A DNA stretch of 64,000 nt from Aplysia californica. Lineage: Eukaryota. The position numbers were made by a program, and so were the translations under genes. Location of the stretch: positions 2,876,534 to 2,940,533 of the forward strand of contig NW_004797279.1 of NCBI RefSeq assembly GCF_000002075.1, written 5' to 3'. Under the pieces are notes generated by a model, which did not search any database, was not told the origin of the DNA, and saw nothing but the letters and a program-made list of their open reading frames with translations. Shown one piece after another: positions 52,301 to 63,377 of this stretch. Position 1 is the first letter of the stretch, and the number at the start of each line of letters is the position of its first letter.

Positions 52301-54574
52301 GTTGATTTACTACTAAGACACTGATGTACACAAACATCAGTACTCAAACATCTTGATCTACACAGAAATCATTACTCAAGTCACCAAGGCAATTTCCTTG
52401 CGTTTTACACACGGTTAATAAAGACACACACACACATGCACACAAACAAAGACACACACATACACACACACGCACACAGAAACAAACAAAGACACACACA
52501 CGCAAACAGAAACAAACAAAGACACACACACGCAAACACAAACAAAGACATACACACACACACACACACACACAGGCCGTCATCAATGATTTACTCAAGA
52601 ACAAAACCACCAGCGACATCAGCTGACGACAACCGAATGAATAGACCCACTACCCCGTCTGTAGGAGGTAAAACTCCTCCAATGACGAGGAGTCGCACAC
52701 GGATCCCAACCCTCTGGGTTTCGGGTGGGAAGCCTACTTTGGTGTATCTTCCTCTTCTCCTTTCTTTTTTCTTTCTTCTTCTATCTCTTCTTCCACCGCC
52801 GACCTCATGTGCAGTAAAACTCTCATGTGGAGAGAAACAGGGTACCAGGAGGTTGAGGTGAGATCGGTCAGCGGACTGTCCCTCGCCAAAACACTTCTTT
52901 GGCCCAGGTTTTCCTCTTAGACAGGAGGGTGGCACGGCCCATGCCACTCAATCGGTTGAGAGCTGAAACTCCTTCACCCCCTGGGAGGGTCTTGTACACT
53001 CTCATGAAGAGTATAGCTCCGGGGTAGCCCTGGCATAGCTCTGGTCATCCGAGCTAAGTGCCCCCTTGTTGGGCTCGATGGTGGGTGGGGAGCCACCGGG
53101 TCGAAACACCATCCAAACACATATGGAACTCTCACTCTCTAAAGACCCGTCCCCAGCTTCTGACGTTAACAAGAATCTCGGCTCACGGAAGAGAAAAGGA
53201 CCTTTACTGTGTTGCCTCTACCCTCCCTATTCCCAGGGAGCTTCCGCGGCAGCCATATGTGGCTATCTCCAGTGCAGAAAACGCACTGAAGAGGATCACT
53301 AATCTGAATTTGTTCAAGACAGGAGAAGCACTACAGGAAGTTCTGGGATACATTCAAACGAATGTTCAGAAGCTTTTCTGTGGTGCATTCCTTGTCAAGT
53401 GCGCAACAGAGACAGAAGTGGCCAAGCTCCAGAACACCATGACCTTCGGGGGTGTACCATTTTATCCGTGTGGTACCAAAGGGGGTCGTCCATAGCCATG
53501 AACCAAAGGGCTGCAGCATGGAGGAAATTGTGGCAAATTGGGAGGATATGACCCACGCCCATCGGATTACTCTTCGGAGGGGGGAGACCACCCTTGAAAC
53601 TAACACAATCATTCTGACTTTTGATTCGTGTTGCCCTCCAGCCACTGTTCCGGCAACTTACTTGCCCTTGACGTGCGACCCTAAGTGCCGAACACTCTGC
53701 CCTGCTCAAAGTGTCAGAAGTTCGGCTATAGCCAGTCGCGATGCCGACATAGCAAGATGCGATGCCGACACGCAGCCGTGTGTCCTCGCTGTGGCAAGAC
53801 CAGACATCCTGAAAAGGAACGCAAGGCTAGTCCTTGTTGCCCCAATTGCCACGGCCAGCACACAGCCTTCAGTCCAAGCTTGACTACTGCTGTTACTTTA
53901 ATGGATCGGCAAAACCCCACGTCCTAAAAATGCTAGACCCAGTACAAAACCAAGGACTCCGCTTCGCCCTGGAGGCTTTCCGCACTTCTCCAGTGGAGAG
54001 CCTCAAGGCCAAGGCAAACATACCATCACTCACACTCAGACGCATGATACAACTCTCACTACAATACGCAATTAAACAAAGCTTAACACCAGAGAACCCA
54101 GGACACGACTGTTTTTCGAACAAACCCAGACACTATAAGTATAATTTTTACTATAAACAAATTTTAAAAACAACGAGTTTCATCAGTTAATCGTCCTTGA
54201 GGACCTTAAAAAGATACACTTTTCTAAACGGGACATCCAACAGTTTCTTTTCCCCGAACTCCCTCCGTGGCACTTCACCAAGGCAAAAATAGACTTACAG
54301 CTGACCACACACACCAAAGCAATCACAAACACAAAAATATTTTAAAAAGGAGAATACCAAAAACTTGTAGAAAAATAATCCGGTGTGGAGCTAATTTTCA
54401 CAGACGGCTCTAAATCGGACTATGCTGTGGGCGCGCTGCCCTGGGGTGGAGAGAGGGAGTGAGAGGGAGAAAGAGAGGGATAGATAGAGAGAGGAGTAGA
54501 TAGAGAGAGACATTTAAAAGTAATAAAGTAGGCACTTACCCAATGCGAAACAAGCATCCTCCTGCATTTGCCAT
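40131..54574 (-). CDS. PNKD: PNKD-like metallo-beta-lactamase / hydroxyacylglutathione hydrolase (glyoxalase II family), complement join(54574-54540,49667-49549,48062-47950,46914-46856,46162-46070,44564-44401,43569-43483,42365-42298,41887-41840,40313-40131), 322 aa
   Basis: Spliced product has LFRIGYYLYTRTRVGYYY (PNKD-type N-terminal block), PIPMLLDNYAYL, THKHWDHSGGN, TPGHTVGH, LFSGDCLF, GRMFE, WPGHEYAKDNL and CPSTLGEERLYNPFLR. All GT-AG introns have matching phases; total 969 nt. Confidence 0.93.
40345..40757. mobile_element. TGTG-terminated MITE family, old copy
   Basis: Internal sequence colinear with 24855-25289; eroded TIRs. Confidence 0.72.
40879..41317. mobile_element. TGTG-terminated MITE family, near-identical to 24855-25289 in opposite orientation
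   Basis: Same TIRs and body. Confidence 0.9.
41569..41712. repeat. 144-bp imperfect palindrome (hairpin MITE-like) in the last PNKD intron
   Basis: TATATCGCGACCTCAGTGCTTTCTT pairs perfectly with AAGAAAGCACTGAGGTCGCGATATA; pairing continues inward with few mismatches. Confidence 0.88.
41840..41887 (-). CDS. PNKD: PNKD-like exon (RKLEWVKEMRENNAST)
   Basis: TTTTCAG acceptor, ACA|GTGAGT donor, 48 nt, phase 0 at both ends. Confidence 0.9.
42298..42365 (-). CDS. PNKD: PNKD-like exon (GHEYAKDNLEFAAHLEPDNDETQ)
   Basis: GACAG acceptor, CAG|GTATGT donor, GHEY motif. Confidence 0.93.
42741..43156. mobile_element. Degenerate pogo/Tigger-like MITE
   Basis: AGTCAAATCTCGCTATACCGCC left end; GGCGGTATAACGGG...TTGACTG right end. 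Confidence 0.45.
43483..43569 (-). CDS. PNKD: PNKD-like exon (GRMFEAPPSTMLSSLDKLLTLPPSTMLWP)
   Basis: CTCTCAG acceptor, G|GTCTGT donor. Confidence 0.92.
44401..44564 (-). CDS. PNKD: PNKD-like exon (SLTEGDTLQFGDLNFRVVFTPGHTVGHIVYLLDGSVFGTDDCLFSGDCLFLGGV)
   Basis: TCACAG acceptor, G|GTAAGT donor, TPGHT and SGD metal-ligand motifs. Confidence 0.94.
44598..44778 (-). mobile_element. Short retroposon family C
   Basis: (ACTAAA)n-like tail and shared body; lies just upstream of a PNKD acceptor. Confidence 0.72.
46070..46162 (-). CDS. PNKD: PNKD-like exon (DHSGGNKELKEQFPNIPIYGGSIDNVPDST)
   Basis: TTTCAG acceptor, AA|GTAAGT donor. Confidence 0.93.
46856..46914 (-). CDS. PNKD: PNKD-like exon (KVLAQRNVEPEAILVTHKHW)
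   Basis: TTCCAG acceptor, TG|GTAGGT donor, first half of THxHxDH. Confidence 0.92.
47950..48062 (-). CDS. PNKD: PNKD-like exon (LNILPIPMLLDNYAYLVSDKKSNKSVLVDPGHAEAVQ)
   Basis: TTTCACAG acceptor, CAG|GTACTT donor, DNYxY and VDP motifs. Confidence 0.93.
49549..49667 (-). CDS. PNKD: PNKD-like exon (YYLYTRTRVGYYYHQKDIKKAREKLGDTGHSDMKDFVVG)
   Basis: TGCAG acceptor, A|GTATGT donor. Confidence 0.92.
50517..51314. mobile_element. MITE-like element (~800 bp) with ~42-bp inverted termini
   Basis: GTCTGAATAGCTTCCTGTTGCTATTCGGACTCAAACTCCAAT (50517-50558) versus ATTGGAGTTTTGAGTCCGAATAGCCACGGGAGGCTATTCAGAC (51272-51314). Confidence 0.7.
52420..52573. repeat. CA-based minisatellite, ~30-bp unit (CACACACACGCAAACAGAAACAAACAAAGA)
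   Basis: About four degenerate tandem units followed by (CA)n. Confidence 0.85.
52650..54445 (+). mobile_element. I/Nimb-clade LINE relic (ORF1 + post-RT/RNase H part of ORF2), antisense in PNKD intron 1
   Basis: ORF1 remnant with KGVV..., TNTIILTF and three zinc-knuckle-like motifs (CSKCQKFG, CPRCG..RH, CPNCHGQH). ORF2 remnant SKLDYC...GSAKPHVLKMLDPVQNQGLRFALEAFRTSPVESL, PPW and IFTDGSKS (RNase H). Frameshifts and stops present. Confidence 0.88.
54540..54574 (-). CDS. PNKD: PNKD-like first identifiable coding exon (MANAGGCLFRIG)
   Basis: TTTCTATAG acceptor 5 nt before the ATG; donor GG|GTAAGT in phase 2; LFRIG matches the residues preceding YxLYTRT in PNKD. Confidence 0.85.
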
Positions 54575-55579
54575 GCTGCCTATAGAAAATTAATGAGCAC
54601 TACTCACCCTGTAAGCACCAGTAGATTAAAAAAAAAATACTGAAATTATCAAAAGACTATCTGATCTTATTATAACACAATAAAAATCAAATTTACTCAA
54701 ATCTCTAGGTGAAATTGATGATGCATTCGGCTCAGTTGTTATGAGATATTATAAATAAAAACAATTCTCTCCCTTGTCTATGAGACTAATTTTATTGATT
54801 TATGATTCTGAAAAGTTCTGCTGGTTGTTCAAATTTTTCGTTCAATTAATAACCTAATAAATAATAATATTGTAATAACAACACAAAATTATAATCATGA
54901 TAATAAATATAATATTATGATAATAATGATAATTTTAATGGTAATGATAAGATAGTAATGATAATGAAGGCAAATAAGTAGAGAAAGTAATAGTAAGCAA
55001 CTTGTGCTGATCATAAACGCCACAAATAAACAAAGCCCTATTATTAATTTGTTATACATTCTTATAGCTTAGCTTCACTTTTGACCTTCAACTTCAAGTG
55101 CTATTATTTTTTAGAAGAATTTTCTCCAAACAGAGTCACGTGTGGTCTCTTTGGCAATATCAATGTCAGGATTTGACTGTATTGATTAATGTTTGCTTCT
55201 CTGACTGCTTCTGCTTTACAAACTGTTGAGTTTGTTTGTTAATTTTTCTCAGAAACCTTGCTGCGACATGCCACGGCAGAGAATTTCCCATTCAACCACG
55301 TCAATGAAGAAATCTTTCAGAGAATTAAAAAGTCTTCATATTATTTATTATCTTTATGTCTCTTTTGAGGAGCAACAATTATGTTCCGCCTCCTATACAT
55401 GATAGATACCAATTCTTAGAAGTATAGTTTGGGGGCGTCGTGTGTTTGACATTCAGACCAAGTGTTCTACACATTATAGTATATCTATGCTGGATTTTCT
55501 TCAAGTGGAAGAAGATACTATAAGGGCTTCTGTTTCGCCATCTCAATAACTCTAGTGTGTGTGTAGGGGGGGGGGGGAA

Positions 55580-55678
55580 GCGTTTTACGGCGCCCCCACC
55601 TGTCGACCTATAATTTTTTATACCGTCATACGAGAGCGGGACACATTATACATTTTTCAGTTGGTAGGAAAGAATTTC
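55580..55678 (-). mobile_element. SINE family A 3' fragment (degenerate)
   Basis: GTTTTACGGCGC...GGGACACATTATACATTTTTCAGTTGGTAGG matches the family A tail reversed. Confidence 0.6.
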
Positions 55679-55682
55679 AACC

Positions 55683-56030
55683 GGTGAAATGCGATGCCTA
55701 AGAAAAGCAGCAAGCAAGACCAGGCGAGACAAAATTAGAAACTCGGTAATCCGAGAAATGGTGGGCACAAATGATGTCATGTATCACGTCCAACACCAAA
55801 GAATCAAATGGTTCGGACATCTCCTACGATTACCAACACACCATCCAGCACAACGTACCTACATCCAAAAATTCGACGGCAACAAGGCTAGAGGGCGACC
55901 GAGAAAGACCTGGATAGATGGAGTCAGGGAAACATTAACCACCCACGGCATCCCCCTGACCCAAGAGACGTCTCTTTCTTCCCGCGACACCCAAAAGGGT
56001 ATAAGCGGCGAATAAACGTAAAGTAAAGGA
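55683..56030 (+). mobile_element. 3' fragment of an RTE-group LINE
   Basis: EMRCLRK...TRRDKIRN..IR...IKWFGHLLR...RGRPRKTWID, the typical RTE ORF C-terminus; short tandem tail. Confidence 0.85.
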
Positions 56031-56749
56031 ACAATTGAATGTTGCTCTCTATCTGGACGTGGAGAAGATGGAAAACTAGATCTACAGTTAAGACATTTAT
56101 CGCGACAGACCTTCAAGTGAACNNNNNNNNNNNNNNNNNNNNNNNNNNNNNNNNNNNNNNNNNNNNNNNNNNNNNNNNNNNNNNNNNNNNNNNNNNNNNN
56201 NNNNNNNNNNNNNNNNNNNNNNNNNNNNNNNNNNNNNNNNNNNNNNNNNNNNNNNNNNTCAATTTATCAGTGTGCTAGAAAAGGGAATTAGGATCAGCAC
56301 TGTTTGAAAGGTGAGCTATTAGCCTAAGTGCAAGTTTTTAAAGAGGCTTTTTAGTAGAAAACGCACGACCTGTGCAATACCGCAAGGGTCCGTCGACACA
56401 ATACGCACGACACCCTGAACACTGCACTGATGTATGTAACTACCACTTGCTTTTCAACAAGTTAAATATGAATATTATATAATGACGATGAAGCTTTCAC
56501 TTTCACAATTTCTGACCACCCACGCCCGGGCAGGCCTACCCCCNNNNNNNNNNNNNNNNNNNNNNNNNNNNNNNNNNNNNNNNNNNNNNNNNNNNNNNNN
56601 NNNNNNNNNNNNNNNNNNNNNNNNNNNNNNNNNNNNNNNNNNNNNNNNNNNNNNNNNNNNNNNNNNNNNNNNNNNNNNNNNNNNNNNNNNNNNNNNNNNN
56701 NNNNNTTCTCCAACCCCACACGACCCAATCATGTCATGATCTCAAACTT

Positions 56750-56906
56750 ATTTTTAGTTTTAGTAAAAGTTCTACGGCACTTGCTACACAATAAGGTCAT
56801 ATGAGTGCCGAAGATTAGAGGTGTTACAAGAAAGTAACAAACACAAAGGGGAAGGGAGATAGGGATGATAGATTTTTTTAAACCACATCAGAGCACCCGC
56901 CAACCA
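56750..56906 (-). mobile_element. Short retroposon family C
   Basis: Colinear with 44598-44778. Confidence 0.72.
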
Positions 56907-56930
56907 GCTTTTACTTTCACAAAATAATTA

Positions 56931-56971
56931 ATTCAGTGTCTCTGCACTGATACAGTGCAGAGGCACTGAAT
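56931..56971. repeat. 41-bp hairpin (19-bp stem, 3-nt loop)
   Basis: ATTCAGTGTCTCTGCACTG-ATA-CAGTGCAGAGGCACTGAAT with one T:G pair. Confidence 0.85.
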
Positions 56972-57012
56972 CAGTGGGCCGGGGCCGTCCTTGTCACAGC
57001 CAAACCCTGTTT

Positions 57013-57545
57013 GGGGGCTCTTGCGGCCTAGAGGTTAAGGTGTTGGCCTCTCATTCAAAGGTCCCGGGTTCGAATCCGGGTAGCCACCGAAACATTTTCT
57101 TCTCTAAAATTGTCTCTTTTCACTTTCACCTACCTCCTTTCCTGCTCTCTAGCAATGTTCTGTCATCTGCTTTTGTCTCCTCTTTCTGCCTCCACCCCCT
57201 CACCTCCTTTGCCCCCTCCTCTGGGTTCCTGACTTTTTCAGTAGCCATTCTACTGCTACTCCTTGGCTCTTTCTTACTGATGTCTTTCAACCACACCCCT
57301 GATCATCGGGTAGGAAAGATCTACACCTAGCCTTCTCGGACAAGGGCGAAAAATCTTGGAGGGCCCGTGTGCAAGTTGCGCATGTTAAAGATCCCTAGGT
57401 GGTCTAAATTCAACAAGAGTAGGCTTCGGCCGCCACCCGGGCAAAATTCAAAATTTCCTACCAACTGGAAATATTAGGTGTGTCCCGAGTGCTCTTATGA
57501 CCCTATGCAGATACGAGCGCCGTAAAACACTTACCAAAAAAAAAA
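57013..57545 (+). mobile_element. SINE family A, full length
   Basis: Best-preserved head GGGGCTCTTGCGGCCTAGAGGTTAAGG...GGTTCGAATCCGGG; colinear with 3316-3844. Confidence 0.9.
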
Positions 57546-60069
57546 CCCCCACAAAAACAACAGTTTAGAATGGGATCACACTAATATTACATACTGTAAC
57601 AAATAGTGTTGTTTTTATTAGAAAGATTACCCTTGATCAATTATCTGTCCAATTTTTTTCCAGTGATATAAGCTCATCATCCTTATATTTCTTTTTCTAG
57701 CAAAATAGCCTTTAATGGAGGTTGACTTGTCATTATTTGAGATGCACAGGTTACCTAATGAAAATAATAATTGCTCTATCTATCCGCTATACAACTATTC
57801 GCAATCAGAAAGTTACAACAGTTGGGAAAAGGTGCACACATAGATCTGCAGTATTAAACGCCCTTTGCCTACTTTAAATTCAATCATGTTCCCGTTACAA
57901 GTCTCGCAACCCCACGGGGAGACGACAATGTGACCATGTGGTGCAAGACCAAGGCCACGATAAGTCACTGTCTGCTCTCCAAAGTGCATTAAGCTATCCC
58001 CTTCCCTCCCCTGCTTACAAGGTATATCATAATATATGGCACATCATAAAATTAGTAAAATCTACACAATCAACTTCGGGTTAATTTGGGTCATGAAGGT
58101 CCCCCTGATTATTATAGTTTAAGTGATGGCATGTGTGAAGTTTGAGCAAAATGAATCGAAAATTGTGAAAAACTTTGCACTTTGAAGGGGTCCACTTGCT
58201 TTTGGGATACCCCCTATGACACGCAACAAGTAATGCTCAGCGTGTCAGCCAATCAACGATTGCTTAGACAAGAGTAAGCCAACATTAGTAACAGAAGTTC
58301 TCTGGTTCGCATCAGTAGTTCATGCATAAGAAACATGCTATATTGTCGAGTCTAAATTCGCTGCCGGTCATTTGAAGGTTAGATGCATGTGTCGATGCAA
58401 GGTGTTTCATTGATTTTGATGAAAAAAAAAGTGGGAGATACTTTCTCCCTTTGGAGATTCCAAAATTTCTTTTAGTCCAGTGCCCATGGATGCATATGGT
58501 AAATGACTGTAGCAATACCTAGATGTCAACAAACAAAATAATAAAATAGTTCACTTCATAAACGGTAAAAAAGTATTGTCAAATTACCTGAACATTACGA
58601 CAGGAACCCAATTCGTCTGTTATACTTTTATTTCTCCCAGATGGAAATTTCTGGTTACAGTTGCATGTCTTAAATAAGATGAAACAATTCACAAGTACAT
58701 GTATTAACATACAACACTGCACACTTTAACAAATTATTTACAAACATGATTGCTGGTCTCTTGAGAACAGCATCCTGAGTTGTTAGTTTTTTATGACCTT
58801 GGGTTATAATTACTTTTTTTCATCCATCTAATAACAAATATCATGTCATTAAAACTACTTGACACAATACATACCAGATCTCACTCAATGTAAGACAATT
58901 ACTGGAGCGTCTGGAGACCCTCAATGAAGCTTACTAAGCAACTCTAATCCATTACATATATTCAACCCTAAACCTGAACATGGCAATAGTTTTCAAGACA
59001 AAAATCTATGAAAAATATAACCAGAAAGGCATTAGGGGTTCCTATGAGAGCACATGCCAGTCAACAGAGCAAAGCTTGAACATAATCCTTACCGTGCCCC
59101 ATTTACAAAGATTCCCTAAATTATTTGAAAAAGACTACAGCATTGTTACTGGGTCGCCAGCCTGCTCTTCTTTACTTTGAACATGAGCAACATAACAAAG
59201 AATCTCCAAGTTCCTATTATCCTTATTTGAGAAGACAAGGCACTTGATACCACCTGCACTAGAACTACCAGAAGCTGATCATTAAGCCAGATAGGCCTAC
59301 TTTGCCAAGAGAAATGAGTCCTGTAGACATGGGTACCTATTCCTAATAGGGTCTATGACCAGGATAGAAAGAAAAAGGGGAACGAAAATATTGGAACAAA
59401 AGGTAGCCTACTTGAAATTCACAGAATACCCTGACTTGTGTATACATACACACACGTACACAAAATCATACATGATCTTGAAGAATGCCCTCGGGTACAC
59501 AACATATGACTAGGAAAATTTGGAAAAGCAGAACTATTAAAATTTATACATTTATTTTATCATTTAAAGTTACAATGGTAATTGGAATTAAACAAGAACA
59601 TGATATGATACAATGTCAAACAATAATCAACTTGTTCTAGTTCTATGAGAGGAAGACTGAACAAAAATTCTCTGGCTTTCAATATATTTTTAATTTTTGG
59701 AAACAAGAGAATTGTATCTTTATTAAATCATGTTTTTCTGTAAGTGACACTGCAAAGTGATGATAAGCACTAATGATAAATGCTTATAGGGGCTTTTTAA
59801 CATTTTTCATACTTTATAAAAAGCAAGCCCTCTATTTTACCAAACACTTACTCTATAAAGGGCAAGGCTATGAAAGAAAACTGTCAATCAAAAATCAGAT
59901 ATGAGGAAAACATCAAGCTCATAACAAAACTATAAATAAATCTCAAACAGTAAACACAATGTTCTGCACAGTACGTAGATGGCAGTCGTAAAGCAAACAA
60001 AAAGTAAGAGACAATGTAATCAATCATTAACAAGAATGCACTTCCCTTTTCAACGATTATCATAATTAA

Positions 60070-60310
60070 GCCTATCCGTACACCCAGGGGTAATTTTGTA
60101 CCCCCGGGGTTGTATTCTTCACATTTTAGAATACTTCTAGTGCGAAGATCTCTTTGAAACTTTCAGTATTTCTCCAAAAAATCATTTAGACAGACTGCTA
60201 TGTAAAGCGTATTGATCGGATTAACGAGTAAATTTCCGCTTTGGAAAGAGGTGGCACAGAGTTCCCCACACCGTATGGATACAATAGTAAAACACAACGT
60301 ACGGATAGGG
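60070..60310 (+). mobile_element. piggyBac-type MITE, copy 3
   Basis: TTAA|GCCTATCCGTAC...GTACGGATAGGG|TTAA. Confidence 0.88.
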
Positions 60311-60929
60311 TTAAGAAACAAAACGGAAAAACAATCCGACATTACAGAGGACATGCTTATATCTCTAGAATTGCAACAGAACATGGACAATGTTTTCCTT
60401 TTGTTAAATTTTTGTATGCAAGAGAAAAGACACCAAAAACATAAATTTTTTGTTTTAAAAATATTTCACAACCAAAACAATCTCATAATAAGACACTACG
60501 GAAAAAAACATACCAACAAAATGTTGTGAGCTAACACATTCCTCATCACTGTTCAGATGTTTAACCAAGATATCAAATGGTGATGACAGGGGCTTACTTA
60601 TAACTGAGTTATTCAGGATGAAATTTTACTATCCAGTCAAAACTAACACAGGAAAAATTAAGTTACTGTTGCAGATTAAGACCAAAGAACAATTGAATGG
60701 GTATCAGCAGAAGCAATTTCCGAAGAAGGCTTACCAACTATCTTTTCATTAAGACAGGAACTACACAAGATCACTCAAAATAAATGTAAGAGCGCGTAAG
60801 AAGTCTCCTTTATATTTCATGGCTAAACCTTCACATCCTATTAGCATAAAAAAGTAGTGTATTTCATGTTATAGAACAAACACAACAGAGCTTTCTCTTT
60901 CATATCATCTAACACTTAGCAATTAACAT

Positions 60930-60996
60930 TCACTTAAAAATGTGCATTTTGTAAAACTTGAGTTCCTCTATACTTTCACGGATGTCATCTAGAGCT
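60930..60996 (-). CDS. REXO2: REXO2 terminal coding exon ([21 protein letters not shown])
   Basis: TTTTTCAG acceptor, TGA stop 60932-60930. Confidence 0.93.
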
Positions 60997-63377
60997 CTGA
61001 AAAAGAAATAATAGTAAAACGGAAAAGTAAGAATGGAAACCCCTGGTGCTCATAGGTTGGCACAAAATGTGTTGTGAAGCCATTCAGCATTAAAATGAAA
61101 TACCAATGACAAGAGTAATTTCTTTATGAAATTTTGGTAACCCACACGATCTTGCCAACGCTGAAGTCACAGCTGGACAAAAGATGAGATGGCCCCCTTA
61201 AAGCTCTATCTTGCTGCCATATTCTGTACATCAGCAGTCTTTAATGAAGAGCAAACAAAATGTCAATTCCAAAGTGTTTGGACTAGCACATAAATAGGTT
61301 TTCTGTTACTCTTGTCAATATTTTATTTTATTTAGTAGAGGGTTTTACGGCGCTCGCAATTGCATATGGTCAAATGACTGCCAAGAGATGGGTGTCAACA
61401 GAGAAGTCCTTACTAGGAATCAGACTTTGCTCACCTCTCTAGCTTCAACAGCACAAAGTCTGCTTCGACTATCAAGGCACCCTGGAAATAGCGGGTCACA
61501 AGAAAGACAAACATACAAAAGAAGTAGAGGAAAAAGACAATAGTAAGGATTAGGAAAGAAAAAGCAGCAGTTCCCAGTCGCAGATCAGGCACAGTTATGA
61601 GCGTGACATGATGAATCAGCCCATTTACAATTCTACTGTGCTTGAACGAGAAATGTCCCCCCTTTGGGAATGGCCTAAAGACACAACAGTCAGTGGCACT
61701 GACCCGGGGGGTTAATGTACAATCTAGCAAGCATATAGTGAAATCAGGGAGCAGAAATCTTTTAATTATGGACGAATTATGCTTTGTACATGTTTTAAAT
61801 ACAAAGGAAATATATTTGTAAGAGAATTTCCGGGACACAAAAATCTGTTCGCTTTGTGCATGTTTGCTATATTATATAGGAGTATTCACTATGTGTGTGC
61901 CAGACAGTATTTGTTTCTTAGAAGACGCAATGACAATGAATGGTGTAATAAAGTATGATCACATGGTTGCAAGTAGTCATTTCATTACATAATGAGTTGC
62001 TGTAAATAATTAAGCTTTGTTTATAATGTGTAATTAATTGAGCAAACTGAAAACTATTTCTGAACTGCTCTATTTTGATGAAGAGATGGCAGAATATCTG
62101 GCTTTGCAACAATTTCACCATGACTTTTCAAACCAAAAATATTACATCAGAGGCATCAACAGAAAAATCTATATTAACACAGTTTAACAATCCACAGTAC
62201 CGTATGACTTTGAATACAGGCATGTGAAAAAAGAAAAATTGTTAAGTAGTGTTCCTCGCCAAAAGGCAATTTTGAAGCTTACAAATAACAAAGTATCAAA
62301 AAGGAGCACAGTAACTCACCTGTGACTTAAATTCTTTGAGGGCAACCGTTTTTCCAAGTTTGGATACCATCGCCTGAAAAAGAAATAGAGCAATTGAAAG
62401 ATACAAAGTACTTTTGGAAAAAATAAAAACTTTCCTTCAAAGACAGACAGATATTTCTAATTCAATAAAACAAATCTACACAGACATTACGGAGAAAACC
62501 ACAACAGCAAAAAGAAAAAAGAAAAAGGATTGTGTGAATAAAATTATAGTGATGAGAGCTCTGCTTACTTTTTTCAAAAGAACAGTACCTAGACATCAGT
62601 CATTTGTTATCTGCTGAAGACAATATCATACAATTTCAAGATAATTAGTCTATCCTGACTACAGATCTTTCGAACTACACATGCCGCAAACAGGGGAAAC
62701 TATTTGTAAAATGGCCTCTGATAAGAATACCTTCTACTCCTTTCTTCTACAAATCCTAATATTATACATATTAACCTTTTGAGCCTGTTACACCGGTAGA
62801 CTGGTGTAGGCCTAATTTCCTGTCATCCTGCACCGGTGTGAGCTGTACCACGAGACACACAGTCCGATCATTCTTTGTTCTTTATTTCAATAACTTACTC
62901 TGAGTGACCTGGGCAACTGCTTAGGATCACGGTAATTAAGATGGTTGCCTCCATAATTTGAGTACTTTCCCAGTGTATTTGTGCAAAAGATGACAGCTGT
63001 TCAGGCAATTAGTCAAGTTGTTCAAGCAACAACAAAAGACACTTTACGGGTCAATTTGTGTCTCACTTTCTTTAGCCTTTTATCTTTCATTGCATGGTTA
63101 ATTTCCATGAAATTCAGGAAATTTTCTCAAAAAACCTTCAGGACAGGAATTTGGTAAATCTGAAGTTTTAGGGTTCAAAGGGATAATATCCACGGGAAAA
63201 CTCCTTGCTCCTCAATAAACACACATAAAAAATGCTACCTGAACTGTTTGTCAGTTTTACGGGGTAGCAAAATCACTGCAGAAAGCAGACAGATGCTTAC
63301 TGTACCTGCAAAGCTCCTTGATCGTGCTGACATCCACTATTCGATAATGAAAATGTGACGCTAAACGAGGCATATAT
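60930..63377 (-). CDS. REXO2: Oligoribonuclease (DEDDh 3'-5' exonuclease), 3' part only: complement join(63377-63306,62373-62320,60996-60930); upstream exons lie beyond the window
   Basis: Spliced translation [63 protein letters not shown] contains the Orn/REXO2 HYRxxDVST..EL.RRW and HRALDDI.ES..EL..Y motifs. GT-AG introns, all phase 2. Confidence 0.94.
61325..61710 (-). mobile_element. Short retroposon family B, copy 3 (REXO2 intron)
   Basis: Colinear with 13525-13905. Confidence 0.8.
62320..62373 (-). CDS. REXO2: REXO2 internal exon ([18 protein letters not shown])
   Basis: TTTTCAG acceptor, AG|GTGAGT donor. Confidence 0.92.
62775..63182. mobile_element. Second piggyBac-like MITE (degenerate) in a REXO2 intron
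   Basis: TTAA|CCTTTTGAGCC...GGTTCAAAGGG|ATAA imperfect TIRs. Confidence 0.55.
63306..63377 (-). CDS. REXO2: REXO2 internal exon ([24 protein letters not shown])
   Basis: TTTTCAG acceptor, AG|GTACAG donor. Confidence 0.92.

Noticed and set aside
57013-57090. tRNA-Glu-like sequences (also 3316, 5065, 35505) and the tRNA-like head at 30033
   Set aside because: No clean cloverleaf acceptor stem, and each continues into a shared repeat body: these are SINE heads, not tRNA genes.
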